IMG/VR virus record: IMGVR_UViG_3300036786_000192
Coordinates: 1-32,027 of that record
DNA length: 32,027 nucleotides
Source: a virus
Lineage: Duplodnaviria > Caudoviricetes
Reading direction: 5' to 3' (one strand)
Within the stretch, counting starts at the first letter, position 1, and every line of letters starts with the position of its first letter. The position numbers were made by a program, and so were the translations under genes. This document shows, one piece after another, positions 28,201 through 32,027 of the stretch. The notes below the pieces were generated by a model, which was not told the origin of the DNA, searched no databases, and saw nothing but the letters and a program-made list of their open reading frames with translations.

Positions 28201-28361
28201 AATTGTTCGGCGCGACGCCCTACCAGGCGCTGATCGGGCAGACGATCAACACCAACGGCACCAGCAGCGGGACGAGCTCGACTACCACGACACCGAGCCT
28301 GTTCTCGATGCTCATGCAGGCGGGCCAGAACGCGGCTAATGCCTATGCGGCGGGGGCTTGA
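25227..28361 (+). CDS. DNA ejection / pilot protein with expanded repeats
   Basis: GGAGG RBS; S/T/Q-rich start then P.W; core YMNPY..QVV and AGAFGGSR..VA; A/N/Q-rich 11-residue repeats. Confidence 0.75.
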   Translation: MGLSSSSSNSTSNQQTNQTATTTPVAPSWLTQGLQNYVGSIGSFADSDPNSFVAGASPLEQQAYNNADELGGLNNNFSTASKIALGVANAPASTVPSASGYGAAQGGVSTYNPATLSNPFAAGASGYNAAQTTGTSYSAPTFTPVNVGAGLDLNGFSPSSSSSSGSSPFTITPFSSTSPQSITAGGSIPQPLTANPNAAQGGSFTLSPFSATSPQADFNAASSSAIPYALTSASGYNSANAAATGYAAPNLGAASQAAGAGYNAATANSSGYAVPSLANAALATGTGFNAALANASGYAAPNLGAASQATGAGYNAANAAAAGYAVPSLGAASQATGAGYNAANAAANGYSVASLGNAALASGQGYNAAQAGPVTIAPAANAAASNAQAASLLTNLNGYMNPYLGQVVNASMADFDQNAAVQQAQLKAQGAAAGAFGGSRFGVAQASLDDDLARARATTESGLLSNAFNTAAGLSQSDAANRQQASLFNAQNQTGVSQANAAAANQRALSQAQLSAQLGLANQSATNQASEFGANAQNAASLANQSANNQFALTRAGMQNDESQFAASAQNQASLANAAAANQAGQFGANAQNAASLANQSANNQFALTRAGMQNDEAQFAAGAQNQASLANAAAANQAGQFGALARNNASLANQSANNQFALTRAQQQADASQFGAAAQNQAALANASARNQASLFNAQATNAAGLSNQSALNQFALTRTGMQNDQAQFAASAANQAALANAASRNQAAQFGATAQNNASLANQSANNQFALTRAQQQADASQFGASAANQAALANAAAANQAGQFGAAARNTASLANQGAVNQIGLAQAQMQNDAAKYGADTANQMALANAAAQNQAAQFGATALNNAGLANQSAGNQFALAQAQMQNDASQYNATANNASMQAYLAALNQSAQFNAGAQNQASLFNAQQNEAGLARQLQAANALSQYGSDYGTNTRADLGAMSQLGAQQQQIEQAYALAPLAQLQAVGQLFGATPYQALIGQTINTNGTSSGTSSTTTTPSLFSMLMQAGQNAANAYAAGA
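25929..26318 (+). repeat. Intragenic tandem repeat, 5 x 78 bp (26 aa)
   Basis: Units start at 25929, 26007, 26085, 26163, 26241; two more diverged units at 25524 and 25602. Confidence 0.9.
26805..27959 (+). repeat. Intragenic tandem repeat, 7 x 165 bp (55 aa = 5 hendecads)
   Basis: AACCAG unit starts at 26805, 26970, 27135, 27300, 27465, 27630, 27795 (partial at 27960). Confidence 0.9.
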
Positions 28362-28362
28362 A

Positions 28363-28956
28363 ATGGCAGGATTGTTCGACACATCATCGCCGCAACAGCA
28401 GCACGGCTTCGACTGGGGCTCGGCCGCGCTCGGCTTCTTCGGCGTGCCGGCGAGCCTCATCCAGGCGCACAAGAAGCGCAAGGCGGAGCAGCAGCAACAG
28501 CAATTGATCTTCAACGCGATCGACAATGATCCGAACCTCAGCGACGGCCAGCGCGCCATCGCCAAGCTCTATCCGGGCGCCTACGCCCAGAGCCAGCTGC
28601 AGAATCTCGGCCCCGCAATGCCGGCGGCGAGCGGCGGCTACGCCGTCGCCAATGCGAATCCTTCGACCGCCAATTACCTGCCCGCGGGCCCGCCGGCGAT
28701 GGCGATGGGCGCCATCGATCCGACGATGGGCCAGCCGCTCGGCGCGGCCACCGATTCGTCCTCGATCCCGTTCGGCTGGGGCGATGGGACGGCGATCGGC
28801 GGCGCGACCGCTTCGGTCGTGCCGCTGACCGACCAGGATGTTTCGGGCATGGATCAGACCGGCGGCTACGATCCCTATGGCGGCTATGGCAGCAGCTACG
28901 GTTTCGACAGCGATTACGGCAACGGCAGCAGCGACGGCGGCTTTGCCGATTTCTAG
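28363..28956 (+). CDS. Putative second ejection protein
   Basis: ATG 1 nt after upstream stop; MAGLFD start, hydrophobic/Gly segment then K/Q-rich helix; low-complexity tail. Confidence 0.6.
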   Translation: MAGLFDTSSPQQQHGFDWGSAALGFFGVPASLIQAHKKRKAEQQQQQLIFNAIDNDPNLSDGQRAIAKLYPGAYAQSQLQNLGPAMPAASGGYAVANANPSTANYLPAGPPAMAMGAIDPTMGQPLGAATDSSSIPFGWGDGTAIGGATASVVPLTDQDVSGMDQTGGYDPYGGYGSSYGFDSDYGNGSSDGGFADF

Positions 28957-29070
28957 TCGGTAAGTCGCACCCGCCCAAGGCAGGCCTGCGGCCCTTTTCA
29001 CGACCATCATCAAGCTTCGCAGCCGGGCCGTCCCGCCCGCCATGCGGATCAATCCCCAGGAGGACGATCA

Positions 29071-31239
29071 ATGGCCTATCAGGACGGCGATTCCAGGACC
29101 TATGGCGGCGTCACCTATCTGCGCCAGGACGGCCTCTGGTATCCGCAGCCCGATCCCGTGCTCGCGGCCGCCCAAGGCGGCGATGGCGGCGCGCCCGGCG
29201 ATGGCAGCCAGGGCAACGCGCCCGATGCGTCGGCGCAGGCCGATCCCGACCAGCTCACCGGTCAGATCGCCCAGGTCAAGGACCAGTTCGTCAACGCGAC
29301 CGATCCCGGCCAGAAGGTCAACGCGCTGTGGCAACTCGGCTCACTGATCATGGCGGCGAGCCAGCAGCCGCAGCAGGGCGGGGGAAGCGACGGCAGCGGC
29401 GGTTCAACCGGCAATCCGCCACAGCCGGCCGCGCTTTTCCAGCCGGGGCAGAACCAGCAGAATCCGCCGCCCTTCATTGCCGGGCTGTCCGGCGCGCCCG
29501 ACGACCCGGCCGGCGCGCTCCAGCAGCTCGGCGCGCCGCAGGGATCGGATGACGGCGGCAACGGCACTGCGCAGCCGCCGCTGCCCCCGCCGCTCCTCGG
29601 CCAAGGTTCCGACAATGACGGCAACGACGGATCGGGCATTCCCCTCCTACCGTCCGATCAGCAGGGTCCGCCGCCGTTCATAGCGGGGCTTCCGGGCGCG
29701 CCCGGCGATGTGGCCAGCGCCCTGCAGCAGCTCACCACCCAGCAGGGCGCGACGGCTCCGGGTCTCGGCGGCGGCAACGGTCCGCAGCCACCCGCCTCCT
29801 TGTTCGCTGCCGGCGGGCCAGGCGGCACGAGCGGCGGAGCGCAGTCCGGCGGTCTGTTCGGCGCGCCAAGCCAGTCCGCCGGGCCGCCGCTGCCGCCGGA
29901 CCAGCAGAACCCGCCGCCCTTCGTCGCGGGACTTCCCGGCGCACCCGGCGACGTAGCCAGCATCCTCCAGCAGCTCGGTACGCCGCAAGGGGCAGGGGCT
30001 TCCGGCGACGGGCCGGACGCGCCGCAGCCGCCGGGCTCGTTGCCCGTCACCAATGCACCCGGCACCGGGAGCGACGATCAGCAGCAGCCCGGCGGCTTGC
30101 TTGGCATGCCGGGCCAGCCCGTCGTACCGCAGGCGCCCGCGCCGGGAGGGCCGGGCCCCCAGGGAAGGCCGCCTTTCATCCTGGCCTCCGCGCAGCAGCC
30201 CTTCCAGCCGAATGGCTTGCCGCCCGGTGGCGCTTTTCCAGGGCAGGGTGCCCGCGGTTCCCAACCCCCTTTTGGCGGCGCACCTGCCGGATTCCGTCTG
30301 GCTTCGCTGGATTCGCCGTCGGACGGACAGGCGGTCCTGCGGACCTACGGCTCTCCATTGGATCCGGTTCTTGGGCCGCCGGCCAGCATCGCCCGCGCGC
30401 CGATCAAGGGTGCGCCGGCAGCAACTGCGACGCGGCAACCGACAGCCGCGCCAGGAGCGGCCACCCCCCAGCCGGCACAGGACCCGTTGCATGCCGAGTA
30501 TAATTTTCAAGCCAACACCAACCTGGCGGTGGGGAGCAGTAAACTCACTCCAGATCAGAAAGCCGACCGCATCTATCAGATTGCGAAGCAACGCGGCCGC
30601 CCACTCGATCCGCACATGCGGCCGTGGCTCAAGGGCCACGCAAACGCGCCGATGATCGGGAACATGCACATCGGGGAAGTCATCTCGCTCGCCCAGCGGG
30701 GCACCAGATTACGCAACCGGCTGATGCAGTTCGGATTCACTCCCGCCGCCGCGGCAGCGATGGCGGCCAACGCGATGGTGGAAAGCTATGGCTATTATCG
30801 GTCTCCACAGCTGAGTGGCGGACCCGGCTATGGCCTCTGGCAATGGTCGCCTTATCGGCGGGGCTTATACGAAACGCTGAAGAAAAAGCAGAACAAAACG
30901 CTAAAGCAAAATCAGGACGTAAGCTTCTCAGCTGCTAATGAGGATGACCAGATCCGGTTCATGATCTGGGAAATGCAGAATCAGCACCCCTACCATGATG
31001 CGTGGGCGGCGCTGCACTCCAATCAGAGTGCGGGGCAGATGGCGGCCAAGGTCGCAATGGATTACGAAGGAATGGCGAACAAGACGGGAGATCCCGAAAA
31101 ACGGGCCGCAATCGCGGATCTGCTGAGCAGCATTCCCGTCGATCCTCGGATGAATCTGGCCGCGCCGTCGAGTCCGCCACCGGAGGTCGACGCCTTTCTG
31201 CGGCGCAAGGCTGCCAGTGCGCGGTCAGTCGGGCGCTGA
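29071..31239 (+). CDS. Ejection-type virion protein: P/Q/G-rich repeats plus C-terminal phage tail lysozyme (Phage_lysozyme2-like) domain
   Basis: AGGAGG RBS; GF...AAAA..AN...ES, GYGLWQW...R, Q..F...E, YE motifs of the tail-lysozyme family. Confidence 0.8.
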   Translation: MAYQDGDSRTYGGVTYLRQDGLWYPQPDPVLAAAQGGDGGAPGDGSQGNAPDASAQADPDQLTGQIAQVKDQFVNATDPGQKVNALWQLGSLIMAASQQPQQGGGSDGSGGSTGNPPQPAALFQPGQNQQNPPPFIAGLSGAPDDPAGALQQLGAPQGSDDGGNGTAQPPLPPPLLGQGSDNDGNDGSGIPLLPSDQQGPPPFIAGLPGAPGDVASALQQLTTQQGATAPGLGGGNGPQPPASLFAAGGPGGTSGGAQSGGLFGAPSQSAGPPLPPDQQNPPPFVAGLPGAPGDVASILQQLGTPQGAGASGDGPDAPQPPGSLPVTNAPGTGSDDQQQPGGLLGMPGQPVVPQAPAPGGPGPQGRPPFILASAQQPFQPNGLPPGGAFPGQGARGSQPPFGGAPAGFRLASLDSPSDGQAVLRTYGSPLDPVLGPPASIARAPIKGAPAATATRQPTAAPGAATPQPAQDPLHAEYNFQANTNLAVGSSKLTPDQKADRIYQIAKQRGRPLDPHMRPWLKGHANAPMIGNMHIGEVISLAQRGTRLRNRLMQFGFTPAAAAAMAANAMVESYGYYRSPQLSGGPGYGLWQWSPYRRGLYETLKKKQNKTLKQNQDVSFSAANEDDQIRFMIWEMQNQHPYHDAWAALHSNQSAGQMAAKVAMDYEGMANKTGDPEKRAAIADLLSSIPVDPRMNLAAPSSPPPEVDAFLRRKAASARSVGR

Positions 31240-31575
31240 ATACCATGCCCAATTGTGGTTCCTCCGGCACGGAAGCCAATAGAGTTCGAGCTCCAGTGCG
31301 CGGTCGTCACGCGAGCCCCAGCACCAGCCTAATCGGTGCGCCTCGTGCAGCAGGCGATCTCGGCGTGCGCAGGTGCGTTTGATGACAGCCTCGTCGTAGG
31401 TTGAACCACATTGCAGGGCTGCGACTGCAACCCGATGGATGATGACATGCGCCCGCCCGGAGCGTGGCGCTCCAGTTTCCGAAATGCAGCACGCCGCCGC
31501 CGGCGCGGCAAGCAAAGTTGTGGCTGCGAGGAACAGGAAAAACCGCGTCGCCCTTTGTGACAATGCAATCCTCAT
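31225..31575 (-). CDS. Small secreted 6-Cys protein, candidate cognate lysozyme inhibitor/immunity
   Basis: ATG 31575 after GAAGGGA; signal peptide; six Cys conserved with 13124-13435; overlaps lysozyme gene 3' end by 15 nt. Confidence 0.8.
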   Translation of the reverse strand: MRIALSQRATRFFLFLAATTLLAAPAAACCISETGAPRSGRAHVIIHRVAVAALQCGSTYDEAVIKRTCARRDRLLHEAHRLGWCWGSRDDRALELELYWLPCRRNHNWAWYSAPD

Positions 31576-31649
31576 AACCACTATCCCTTCTTGCCGGCCC
31601 GTCATCTGTCGCCGAACCGACGTACTTTATTATCAGGGACCTGCTTCTG

Positions 31650-31664
31650 GAACAATAGAAGAAC
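31650..31664 (-). promoter_or_regulatory. Alphaproteobacterial LexA (SOS) box
   Basis: GAAC-AATAGAA-GAAC; minus strand TTGTTC followed by an AT-rich -10-like GATAATAA toward the 6-Cys gene. Confidence 0.75.
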
Positions 31665-31714
31665 AACACCATATTCCAGGGACACAATACCTAATTGACA
31701 GAGGCGGGACGGGC

Positions 31715-32027
31715 TGGACCGCACCCTATCGATGAGACACGTTAATTAGGGACAGCTCGGTGTCTCCATCACCATGGGCTGCTGCGCAGCAGCCCATGGC
31801 TCGGTTTGTTCATACTCCTCCGGCGACAGGTAGGCCAAGGCGGAGTGCAGCCGTTGCCGGTTGTAGACCTGCTCGATGAACGTGCCGATCTCGGCCCGGG
31901 CGTGCGCCAGGTCGCGATAGGCGGTGCCGTTCACCTCTTCCTGCTTCAAGGTCTTCATGAAGCTCTCGGCCATGGCATTGTCATAAGGACAGGCGACCCG
32001 GCTCATGCTCGGCAGGATGCCGGCCGC
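31715..32027 (-). mobile_element. IS3-family insertion sequence, right end (partial)
   Basis: Terminal sequence TGGACCGCACCCTATCGATGAGACA from 31715 (TG...CA-type end) just downstream of the transposase stop. Confidence 0.8.
31746..32027 (-). CDS. IS3-family transposase, C-terminal part (truncated by window edge)
   Basis: SMSR..CPYDNA.AESF.KTLK.E and YN..RLHSAL.Y.SP..YE integrase-core motifs. Confidence 0.92.
   Translation of the reverse strand, partial: AAGILPSMSRVACPYDNAMAESFMKTLKQEEVNGTAYRDLAHARAEIGTFIEQVYNRQRLHSALAYLSPEEYEQTEPWAAAQQPMVMETPSCP

Noticed and set aside
25227-28361. Tape measure protein of a long-tailed phage
   Set aside because: No tail tube, sheath or tail chaperone genes are seen; portal, coat and nozzle are podovirus-type, so an ejection/pilot role fits better.

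Overview
High-GC window, probably alphaproteobacterial (Sphingomonadaceae-like repeats, alpha-type LexA boxes), holding the right part of a P22-type (short-tailed) prophage or domesticated phage-derived element. Left to right: replication initiator and a putative late-gene regulator; inserted morons (SoFic-like Fic gene, two secreted adhesin-E-like repeat proteins); a sigma70-like promoter; a tailspike-like gene; TerS, TerL, portal, scaffold, coat, adaptor and tail proteins; very repetitive ejection-type proteins; the 3' end of an IS3-family element. No integrase, repressor or holin/endolysin cassette is visible. Main observations: (1) the last virion gene ends in a phage-tail-lysozyme domain and is met convergently by a small secreted 6-Cys gene with a LexA box, and an orphan copy of this module sits between portal and scaffold, as in polymorphic effector/immunity loci; (2) a duplicated cassette of a constant-N/variable-C virion protein plus a convergent glycosyltransferase; (3) a 1044-aa ejection protein whose 26-aa and 55-aa repeat arrays co-vary in mirror order around a central core; (4) about ten host-type palindromic repeats in spacers of an intact structural operon, suggesting domestication. 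All product calls come from motif recognition by eye, not database searches.
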